A stretch of 63,569 nt of DNA, filler included, from Reclinomonas americana ATCC 50394 (taxonomy: Eukaryota), in assembly GCA_048213135.1 (NCBI GenBank). It is 10 parts of 4 records of this genome, joined end to end, with 100 filler letters (N's around TTAATTAATTAA, not from the genome) between each part and the next. Parts side by side here need not be neighbours in the genome. Positions count along the whole stretch, not along the records: positions 49,786 to 62,458 come from PS015787.1; 9 more parts are not named here. One strand, written 5' to 3'. The notes beneath the pieces are model-generated. The model did no database searches. It was not told the origin of the DNA and saw nothing but the letters and a program-made list of their open reading frames with translations. Each line of letters opens with the position of its first letter. The stretch's first letter is position 1. Positions 49,786-60,258 of the stretch are shown here, one piece after another. The translations under genes and the position numbers were made by a program.

Positions 49786-50230
49786 GGAAGGTGATGGTCA
49801 CGTCAGCCATGTAGATCGTGTCACCACGTTCCGCGACAATGTCAGGGCGCAGACCAACATCAGGGTGGCCTTCCGGCAGCCAGTCATCCGGTACAGTTTT
49901 GTCAACACGGACGTTGCGCATGCCGTTGCGCTCCTTGTGCTTCTCCATCTCGTCAACAACGAGTTCCAGTACAGCATCATGTCGCTTCGTGTACAGCTTG
50001 ACTGGCTCCACACCAACATTGGTGTCTGTGTTGATGTTTTGGATACGGTTGAACTTGGTCATCAAGACAGCTGTTTGCTTGTTGGTTGGTGAACGAATTG
50101 TTGTTGCCCGATTTGCACGGGAAGATCGTCGCAGACGCTGTGTCCGAGCGAGCACGATATGCAGGTACTTTGAGAGTAATAGAAGAGAGGGGGCACAACG
50201 AAGGGCCTTTATCGAGTCGGGTCCACACAC
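49786..50230 (-). mobile_element. Fragment of an RLE-type (R2/R4/NeSL-like) non-LTR retrotransposon: restriction-like endonuclease domain
   Basis: YTKRHDAVLELVVDEM...GLRPDIVAERGDTIYMADVTITF matches the RHD...PD...D motif of RLE retroelements. Upstream LARTQRLRR resembles the linker preceding the CCHC knuckle. Intronless and interrupted by a repeat. Confidence 0.8.
50018..50106 (+). repeat. Dispersed repeat family, copy D (~90 bp piece inside the retroelement)
   Basis: ATTGGTGTCTGTGTTGATGTTTTGGATACGGTTGAACTTGGTCATCAAGACAGCTG... is nearly identical to the reverse complement of 49585-49672. Confidence 0.85.
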
Positions 50231-50549
50231 GCTGCATGTTGCAGTGACGAACGGGATCATGATCAAGGCGCACAGAACAAAAGGTGCTTGTTTTTTTGCA
50301 TGCAGAGGACCGCGCAGCACAGTATGTTCGAACCTTCTTCTCCCACTCACTCCCACTCACGCACACGCACGCACACAAAATGCGTTTCCTCCCGCCACAC
50401 ACCCAACGGCCAACGAACCCGAAACGATGCGCGTGATGGACGCCACCGACACTGTCGGGTAGACGCACACGCAGCTCCCACTCAACACTCAAAGCAAGTA
50501 AGCAAGCACACACAGCAGGTGTCGAGTGTCGAGTGTGTGTGTGACAGTG

Positions 50550-50968
50550 ATGGAGTCACCGGGATCGCCACGTGGCGGCAACGGAATCAGCACAGTGCGT
50601 GTGGCGACATCACTCGCCTCCTCCTCCTCCGCCGGACGCCCTCACCAGCAGCAGTCTCCTCCTCCGCTTCACAACCCTGCTGTTGCGCGTGTGCGCCACT
50701 CTCCGCCTGTGGCAGTGGCGCCACAACAACAACAACAACAGTCGCCGAGTGGAAGCAGTGTGCGCAGTGGTGTTGGCATGCCCGCGCGGCCATCGCCCTC
50801 TGCGAGCTCGGGTACCACGCAGAGAAGCACGCCGTCGTCGTTGTTGCCTGCGGCCGGAGGTGTGGGAGGTGTGTGGAGAGTGAGAGAGAGAGAGAGGAGG
50901 GGCGAGTGTGAGAGTGTGTCACTTTGATCGCAGGCAAACGCATTGATTGATGGAAACGATCGCTTGTT

Positions 50969-51005
<37 letters not shown>

Positions 51006-51885
51006 TCCTCTCTCTCTCTCATACACGCTCAGTGGCACCCTCTCAATCCCACCCTGTCACTCGCTCTTCAGTCCTCAGTCACTCTCGTTTCTCCTTCCTT
51101 CTTCGCTCTTCCTCATCCTTCCTCCTCCTCCCTTCGCCCTCCACACCTCCCTCACTCCACTCCCTCTCCCTCCTCCTCTCTCTCCCTTCTTCTTGCTCTG
51201 CTCACCTGTCCTCTCTCACCTTCTTTCCTTCTTCTCCCATTCATCTTCCTTTCCTCCTCTCTCCCTCCCTCTTCACTTTCCTTCGCCCTCCTTCTCCCCC
51301 ACTTCTCTCACCTTTCACTCTCACTCTCTCATCCCTTATCCCTCCTTCGCTCTCCCTTCCTCACCATCCTTTCCATGGTCTCTCTCTCTCCTCCTTTTCC
51401 TTTACTCACCCCTCTCCTGGCAGTCAAACGACCTCTCTCCTCGCCCATGGTCTCCCGCACGAGCACCTCGGCACTGGCTTCGACCGCCATCAGCAAGCTT
51501 CCCGACGACGGCAGCGGGCTGGCGCAGCAAATGACCGACTTGTTTCGCTCGATTGAGCCCGGATCGCGCAGCGCCTTCCGTCCGCATTCTGTGGATCTCG
51601 CCGCTCCACTCAAGCCGTTCATTCCGGTGTATATTCCGCATGTGGCCGATGCGGAGCGTTTCCTCATGGTGCGGAGAGGGGGAGAGCGATGGGAAGGGAG
51701 AGAGAGAGAGAGAGCGACAGGAGAAAGAGGAGAGAGAGAAAGGAGAGAGAGAGACGTGAAGTCTCGCTGCTTGCTAGTTTCTGATGTGGCATCCTTGTTT
51801 TCATGCAGGTATCGCGTCCGGATCGACAGCAGACCGACATTGGTCTCGCCGTCCTCGATGAACAGTCCATGACTAATATTCACAG
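50550..51885 (+). CDS. IFT46: Intraflagellar transport protein 46 (partial; 3' part not seen)
   Basis: DLFRSI...FRPHSVDLAAPLKPFIPVYIPHVADAERFLM / VSRPDRQQTDIGLAVLDE matches the IFT46 signature LKPFIPDxIPAVGDIDAFLKVPRPD...LGLxVLDE. Confidence 0.85.
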
Positions 51886-52569
51886 TGGACAGAGTTGCGT
51901 CTCTCTTGTTTCTCGTGGCATTTCGTAATTCGCATACACTGCCTTGTCTTGCACACTCTCATTCCGACATCGCTCTTGCTCTGCTCCTTCGCCCCCACTC
52001 CGTTTTGTCTCTGTCTATCTCACCCTCATGCATGTCTTCTTCATTTCCTTGCCTCCGTTTTGTCTGATCATATCTGTCTGTCTCTCTCCCTCCCTCGCCC
52101 TATTTCTCATGTCTCTTCGTCATCTTCCCTCCCTCCACTTTTGCTCTCCCTCCCCCATCCCTCTCGCCCTCCCTCCCTCTCTCCCACTATCCCTCCCTCC
52201 CTACCTCCCCCTCTCTCTCGCCCTCCCTCCCCCTTTCCCTTCCCTCCCTCCCCCTTTCCCTTCCCTCCCTCCCCCTTTCCCTTCCCTCCCTCCCCNNNNN
52301 NNNNNNNNNNNNNNNNNNNNNNNNNNNNNNNNNNNNNNNNNNNNNNNNNNNNNNNNNNNNNNNNNNNNNNNNNNNNNNNNNNNNNNNNNNNNNNNNNNNN
52401 NNNNNNNNNNNNNNNNNNNNNNNNNNNNNNNNNNNNNNNNNNNNNNNNNNNNNNNNNNNNNNNNNNNNNNNNNNNNNNNNNNNNNNNNNNNNNNNNNNNN
52501 NNNNNNNNNNNNNNNNNNNNNNNNNNNNNNNNNNNNNNNNNNNNNNNNNNNNNNNNNNNNNNNNNNNNN

Positions 52570-53723
52570 TCCATTTGCGATGCAGCAGCAGCAATTGATG
52601 CAACAGCAGCAGGAGGTGTGCTCCTCCTTTGTCCTCCTTCTCCTCCTCCTTCGATTCTTCCCGTTCTTATTATTGGTTTTGCGTTGCAGGAGGACGAGGC
52701 CAATGCACTGTACGTGCAACAAATGGAGGAGCGACTGGCCGAGTTGGAGCGACAGCAGCAGGTGTTGCTGTCACGTGAGCGGAAGCGTCGCAAGAAGGGT
52801 CGGCCGGCAGTGGCGGTGCCAGTGGGGTGAGCGCGCACGCACTCTCTCGATGATTTCTCCCGACCCTCTCTCACTCTCGCGCTCTTGCAATGTAGGGACC
52901 TGTCGGTGCAGGCGCAAAAGCGCGTGCTGAAGTATTCGCCGTACTTGGCGCAGATCTTCAGGGCCTCCAAAGGTCGCCTCGATCCCGACGACTATCCCGG
53001 CTTCGAGCGCTTCATGACGGAGCTGGTGGCGGCCGACTACGAGCGCGAACACTCAGCCACGCAGGGCGACGGTGCTGGTGCGGCGGCCGGCGGCGGCAGT
53101 GGCTCATCCACGGCCGATGGACCGCGGCCACCGTGGAAACCGTCGTCGTACAAGGTCCGCGATCGCGATCATCCGCGACGGCGCAATCTGTACGAGTTGC
53201 GTTGCACGCCGACCACTCGTTATCACCCATCATCCACTGACGCACACTCACTCTGTTGCTTACAAATGCAGAGACCCAACTCTCTCCTTCCTGGCCAAGG
53301 TGCAGATTCCAAACAAGGAGCGCAAGCCATCGAGCCGTCCGCCATCGCCTCCGCGCGCGCATGAGTACACGAATGGTGCCGACCATCAGAACCGATTGTT
53401 GTACGCTTCCAATGCGCCGTACGCACCGTCGGCATCTGCACCGCAGCGCGGATCGCAGCCAGCGACGGTGGCAGCAGCAGCCGGGGCCTCCATGCCTGTG
53501 CTGGCCAACTTGAAGCCTGTGCGCGGCGAGCGTTCTTCCACATTCCCGGCCATTTCGTTGCGTCCTACTCCTCCCTCTTGGGTTGATTCTTCCTCCTTGT
53601 TGCCGCTAATTTATTTCGTGGTCGACCACTGCAGTCCCCGGACACCGCGTGGCGGTAATCCAGTGTCGGTGGGGCCGGCTGCCTCGGCCTCGGCGGCGGC
53701 AGCGGCGGCAGCCAGTGCAATTG
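52570..53723 (+). CDS. Internal exons of a hypothetical coiled-coil / low-complexity protein
   Basis: Exons QQQQLMQQQQE / EDEANALYVQQMEERLAELERQQQ / DLSVQAQKRVLKYSPYLAQIFRASKGRLDPDDYPGFERFMTELV with GT-AG introns, bounded by gaps on both sides. Confidence 0.55.
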
Positions 53724-53743
53724 NNNNNNNNNNNNNNNNNNNN

Positions 53744-54989
53744 ATCCCGAGCCGGTTTGCGCTGCCGGTGCCGATGCCGGCGCCGCCGCTGGTGCTGCTC
53801 CCGCACGCCCCTTCTTCCCCACGGATTTGGCGGGATCTCGCAGCGCGTCGGCACGCAGCAGCACACACGCCTCGATGCGCAAGTGTGGCATGATGGTCGG
53901 GAACGCCCTGCCTCTCACCGTGAGCGCACACTCACGTGCACAGCAGGAAAACAACACATCATCCACGCAACTCGGCCAGCACACTCTCGACCCACGCACG
54001 ACACACGGCAGCATCATTCCCCGGCACCACCGCCAGCGCCAATTCATCGTGCGACGTGCGAAACGCATCCTGAAAGTGCGCACTCACAAACGCCGGGTCC
54101 GTGCGCGCCAGCCGCTCAAACAACCAGTCGGTCACCGCATGCTCAATCGCCGTCTGCCTCGCCGCCTCCACACGCCCCAACAGCGCCAATCGCAGCGGCT
54201 TGCTCTCCGCCAGAATCGTCGACTGCGTGAACCGCTGCATCAACTCGGTCCACGTCTCCGCGCCCAACACCAACGCCTTGTCAAAGAACCACAACGAGAA
54301 GAAGTTGGCCGAGCGAATGTCGACTGTGACCAGCGATCTGCTTGCAAGAGTGAGTGCGAGGGGAGGGGTTGTTGGACCCTTTGCTTGTCTCCCACCTGTT
54401 GCAAAACGCCTGATCGTATGCCGAATGCTCCTCCGTGCATGCAAAGTACCCGTCGGCGTCCACCCGCACACCAGGAAACGCGGCAAGTGCGGGATGCAGT
54501 GGTCGCACAGTCTCCTGCAGCACGCCCAGTCGATGCAGAGTCTTTTTATGGTTGCATTGAAGAGATAGTGAGCGTGGGCACATTCAGTCACATTGTGTAT
54601 GATCAATCACCCGACCTGCACATGCATCTCCTCGTCAGAGAGTGCTGCAAACGCGCGCATGCTGTCACTACCACTCAGCGCCTCGAGCACTGCATGCAAT
54701 CACACACAGTTGAGCGCGAGAGAAAGAATGAGTGAGAGTGAGAGCTTATTTCTGTCTGCTCACCTTGATCGCGAACGTCGCGGCGCATCTGGTTCCACGC
54801 ATCGAGAGAGCCTCCGCACAGCTCGTCGACTTCGCGTTGAAACGTCGGCCACAGCTCAGTCACCTTGTGAGTGGCGTCGAGAGCCTCCAATAACAGAGTT
54901 GCCTCTGGTGTGGAGCTGGCCCCGGCCTCAGGCAGCAGCGGGAGCTTGCCAGTGGGAAGGTACTGCTCTCGAGTGAAGGCTTCCCACAT
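53744..54989 (-). CDS. Compact polymerase-palm protein resembling the PolA superfamily / phage-type hypothetical polymerases (about 5 exons; 3' end in gap)
   Basis: Spliced product MWEAFTREQYL...RDQ / VLEALSGS...HVQ / TLHRL...SAYDQAFCNR / SLVTVDIRSANFFSL...GAETWTELMQRFT...ESKPLR...RQTAIE...RTSHDELALAV...LAE / AFPTIMPHLRIE. It shows a motif A-like VTVDxxSAN and a motif C-like HDEL. Confidence 0.65.
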
Positions 54990-55008
54990 TGTGGAGAAAG
55001 AAAGACGG

Positions 55009-58000
55009 ATGGAAGTCCTGCTGTCCCGTCGACCGTTGCAACTGTCTTATCTCATGGGGCGAGAGAGTGCAAGTCGACATCGATGGCGATGCGTGGCCGT
55101 GCTTGCCGCGTTGCTGCTTATGGTACACACGGCCTCGGCTGGTAAGCAACCCCACGCGCGTGTGCGTTGTTGGCAAGCAAGTGAGTGACTTTTTGTAACA
55201 CAGCCATCACGGTGGCGGAGACGACGCTGTACTTGGTGGCGCAGTCGGACCAGTGCTTTTCGTACACACAGCGAGTGAGCATCACCAAGACGGGCGATAA
55301 CTTGCCGACGACCGCCACTGACTACGCGCTCTTCACGTCGTCGACTTGTGCGTACGCGTACAATCCGGCTCTGGTGATGACGGTGCTGTCGAGTACGACC
55401 GCGGCCGCCACGCTGACATTCGACACCAGCGCGGCCACCTCTTCGTGGTCCAGGTTTGCATTGTTTGTGCGCCTGTTGAAAGTATCCACCCTTTTTTGTG
55501 ACTTGTGTGGGTGAATAGTGCGCACTTGTGTGCCCGTGCAAACTCTTCCTCCGCGTTCCAGCATCTGAGCACGGTGTCACTGGCGGCGCCGTGCATTCGC
55601 ACACCGACACGCCTCCGCTTTGCGCTGTCGTGCTCGAGTGTGACAAACATTGGAGCGGCGGTGCCGTCCACACAGGCCATCACCATTGCCGGCACGAAAC
55701 TCAGCACGTCTCTCACGTACGGGTTGTCGACGAGCGAACTGTGCACAGGCGCCACCATCGACACGACCTCTGTGCCACTGGCCGTCTCGAATGGCGGTCT
55801 GACGCTGACCTACACCACGGCGACGACGGCGGTGACCGATCGATTCTTGTGCGCTCGCGTCACCGGCGCCACCACCAGCACGTGGGCCTACACCGGCGCC
55901 CAAGTGACTGCCAACCGCGTGTGCGTGCAGGCGCGCGCCACCGGCAACGCCAACATCTTGTTGCACCCCGGCGGCTGCTCCACTATTACGCAGCCGGAGG
56001 TCGTCACCGTGGCCACCACGTCCACGAACGCCTTGTCTGCTGGTGACGATTTCCTGGTGCTCTCCAGCACCACAGCCTGCGCTGCGAGTGACATTGTGTC
56101 CTCCGTGTCGGCCACCATTCTCTCGTCAACTTCGTTGGCGGTTCGTGCTTTCCCTTTATTTTTTGGTTGTTTTCACAGTTGATTCCCTCAGTTTGACACG
56201 GGATTGCGCAGTTTGACACGACACTGCAAAGTGGCGTCTACTCGGGCACGCTGTATCTGTGCACGCGTACCTTCAACGACGCCAATTTCGTCTTCACCGG
56301 TGCTACGGTGTTGGTCGACCGCGCTTGCTGGTCGACCTCGACGCTCACTGTGCAGGCTGGCAAGTGCACAAACGCGGGGTCCACCGTCATCACTGTCACC
56401 GGACTCGGCCTCCCAGGTGTGTATGATGATGCGTCGGCTTTCCAGTTTTGCTGACGGAAGGCTGAACCCTGCCTCCTTCTCTGACACGCAGTGGCATCGG
56501 CCACCACAACATATGACATTTTCACACCTGGCACGTGCTTGGCCGGCGGCACCATTGGTCTCACGGCGGCGTCGGCCACTGCCAATCGAGGATTGACCAT
56601 CACGCCCGACTTCTCATTTGCCGTGCAGCAAGCAATGACGTTTACCATGAGCGCACACACGTTGCGCGAACTCACCACCGGCTACGACATTTGCGTCTCC
56701 ACCGATTCGGCCAACAAGGCGTTTGTGCGTCATCATTTCTGATGAGGGCGGCGGCTTGAGTGACTGGCTTGCTCATTGCATTTGGCGCAGGTGTGGGTGG
56801 GAACTCGGCTGTATGTCAATGGACCCTGCATCGCGTCACCATCGACGCCCATCACCATTGGACTGCAAAACAGCGTCACGCAGAACCTGAAGCTGGTGGA
56901 CGCGACGGCAGCCAACCTGTACAGCCGGTCGACCGCCGGATGGGTGACCACCGACACTGTGTCGCTGTTTACCGACTCGTCTTGCACACTGGCCAATGTG
57001 AGGGTGTGGTCATTATTCTCCTGCTTTGTGCTCATGCTGAATGACGTGCGTGCACACAGTTGGTGGCAACAGCTCCGGTGACTGGCAAATTCGTGTTCAC
57101 GTTCACCGCGGCCAACTCTGTCACATTCCAGTTCGACTCGGTACTTTTCGGCGCCTCGCAGCGGAGCCTGTACATGTGTGTGTTGCCAGTTTCCGGTTCA
57201 TACGCCTATCTGGTCGACTTCCGCGTCGGTTGGTACCTCGCGCGATCCATGTTCCTCTGCTTCAATCTCACCGCCTGTGCATGCAGCTTCATTCTCGCTG
57301 AACCACGCCACTATCAGCACTGGCATTCGTAATGTGGAGTTTTTGGTGAAGGGAGCACTGCTGCCGCTGCCGTCTTTGTACGACGCCACGTCGGCGGCCT
57401 CCACAGCCAACCCCATCTACGTGCTGACCGCCACCGCCACCTGCAATGCAGGCGTGGTACCGACAGCACTGTTGTCGCTGACGCCAGTGACGAACCTGAC
57501 GGTGGCGGCGAGTGGTGCCACTGGTGCTGTGACCTCCGAGAGCGTCAAACTACTCGTCTCCACGCGCACGGGCACCGTGTGCGCCACACCAGCCACCAAC
57601 TTTGCCGCCCCCGGCACGTACTCACTGTGCTTCCGACCGGGTGACGGCCTCGGCTACAACCTGGTTGGCACAATCACGGTGCAAAGTTGCGCGCTGTATT
57701 ACCTGCCAGCCTGATGCGCACTTAGAAAACTCATTCCATACTTTGCAGCCGACAAGGCGGTTGTCTCGGTCACAACACCCACGTGGAAGCCTCTCGGCAC
57801 GCAATTCACGTTTGTGATTCTCGGCAGCTTCACCGACTGCGTGGCGTTCTCCTGGCAGCAATACTCGCCGGCGACTGTCAACTGCGTCGCTGGAAACGAC
57901 TTGTCGGCTGGTGTCACCGGCTTGGCGGCGACATCCTCGTCGGTAACTCTCGGCCTCGATCGCTACAACGCGGCGTCTGGCCTGTACGGCAGCTACACGA

Positions 58001-58758
58001 TGGTGCTGCAACCGACTGTGGCGCAGCCGATGATGGTTCGTCGGCTTACATGCAGAATAGTACGCAGTTTTTGAATCTCACGTTGTTGCGCTTGCAGTTG
58101 TGTCTGCAAACGAGACCTGGCGATGCATTCCTGGCTCTGCCATCACTCAACACGCCTGGCGGACTCGCTACCGGCGTTGTCGGCATTGGAGCTCGTTGTG
58201 TAACTGGGTGAAACTAGAAGGGCTGTGTGCGGAAGCCAGGTTTCTCATCTCTGCACGCTTATTTTGGCACGCAGAGATTCAATCGGGACTCATTGATCCC
58301 GCGGCTATCTTCGATCCGGCCTACTACAATGTCGCGCAATTCTTANNNNNNNNNNNNNNNNNNNNNNNNNNNNNNNNNNNNNNNNNNNNNNNNNNNNNNN
58401 NNNNNNNNNNNNNNNNNNNNNNNNNNNNNNNNNNNNNNNNNNNNNNNNNNNNNNNNNNNNNNNNNNNNNNNNNNNNNNNNNNNNNNNNNNNNNNNNNNNN
58501 NNNNNNNNNNNNNNNNNNNNNNNNNNNNNNNNNNNNNNNNNNNNNNNNNNNNNNNNNNNNNNNNNNNNNNNNNNNNNNNNNNNNNNNNNNNNNNNNNNNN
58601 NNNNNNNNNNNNNNNNNNNNNNNNNNNNNNNNNNNNNNNNNNNNNNNNNNNNNNNNNNNNNNNNNNNNNNNNNNNNNNNNNNNNNNNNNNNNNNNNNNNN
58701 NNNNNNNNNNNNNNNNNNNNNNNNNNNNNNNNNNNNNNNNNNTCACTACTCCTACCTC

Positions 58759-58812
<54 letters not shown>

Positions 58813-59601
58813 ACGCAGCAACTTTGACACACTGCAATTCACAACGCGCTGTCTCACCTACGGCGACGTTAGCCTCCTTGAGTTTCGTGCCCCTCGGCTA
58901 TTACGATTCTCCACCTTTGCCTCATTCGGGTGTGTATTATCATTTGTAGTGTGCAACTCGCGTGGCTTGCCGTCCGCTTGGAGTCTACCTCGTCTTCCGA
59001 CGACGTGCTTCTCGGCAGCATCGATTACACCTCCGACAAGCAGCGGTCGTGGATGACGCTTCCCACCATCACGACGTCGCCGCGCTCACAGAGCACATCC
59101 CTTTCCACCGCCAACTATCCGAAGCCGCCCTCGGTACTGACCACGTTGCGGCATCTGTACATTCTCAAGGATACAGACAACAACTTCTCGACTTCGGTGG
59201 TCGCCCTCAACAAGCAGAACTTCTTGCACCGTGCCACTGTGTTCGACTCGTGCCGAGTCTCGCGAATTTCGCTCTCGTACATGGTGTTCCCGGCGTCGAC
59301 TGGCAGCGGTTTCGGCATGCTGGCTGGAGAGAGTACGTTCCCCCCCGGCACGCCCTACCAGCAGCACATTTTCGACGGGAGTGTTATCAGCAGTTCCGGA
59401 CTGGCGTCTGTGACATCGTTTGTGGTCTTTTTGCGCGGATGGAGCGTAGAAAATGCCGCGCAAAATGGCGAGACGTTTATCGTCCTCGACGTCTCCAATC
59501 CCTCTGCTCTCACGTATCAAGTCCACTACTCGTCGTCCAGCGCGTCGCAAGTGAATCGCGTCGACTATTCGTGGGCCGCCATTGGCGTGGTGGCGCCATG
59601 A
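55009..59601 (+). CDS. Large secreted Thr/Ser/Cys-rich adhesin-like protein with C-terminal H-type-lectin-like domains (spans a gap)
   Basis: Signal peptide WRCVAVLAALLLMVHTASA, many beta-rich Cys-containing repeat exons (e.g. PGTYSLCFRP), and a final exon with ..NYPKPPSVLTTLRHLYI...NFLHRATVFDSCRVSRISLSYMVF and ...RVDYSWAAIG, resembling tandem H-type lectin folds. Continuity across the gap at 58346-58742 is inferred. Confidence 0.7.
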
Positions 59602-60258
59602 GCAGTCGGTGCATGAGAGTGGCACCGTCGTGATGCAGTGAAGGTAGCTGTTTGTNNNNNNNNNNNNNNNNNNNNNNNNNNNNNNNNNNNNNNNNNNNNN
59701 NNNNNNNNNNNNNNNNNNNNNNNNNNNNNNNNNNNNNNNNNNNNNNNNNNNNNNNNNNNNNNNNNNNNNNNNNNNNNNNNNNNNNNNNNNNNNNNNNNNN
59801 NNNNNNNNNNNNNNNNNNNNNNNNNNNNNNNNNNNNNNNNNNNNNNNNNNNNNNNNNNNNNNNNNNNNNNNNNNNNNNNNNNNNNNNNNNNNNNNNNNNN
59901 NNNNNNNNNNNNNNNNNNNNNNNNNNNNNNNNNNNNNNNNNNNNNNNNNNNNNNNNNNNNNNNNNNNNNNNNNNNNNNNNNNNNNNNNNNNNNNNNNNNN
60001 NNNNNNNNNNNNNNNNNNNNNNNNNNNNNNNNNNNNNNNNNNNNNNNNNNNNNNNNNNNNNNNNNNNNNNNNNNNNNNNNNNNNNNNNNNNNNNNNNNNN
60101 NNNNNNNNNNNNNNNNNNNNNNNNNNNNNNNNNNNNNNNNNNNNNNNNNNNNNNNNNNNNNNNNNNNNNNNNNNNNNNNNNNNNNNNNNNNNNNNNNNNN
60201 NNNNNNNNNNNNNNNNNNNNNNNNNNNNNNNNNNNNNNNNNNNNNNNNNNNNNNNNNN

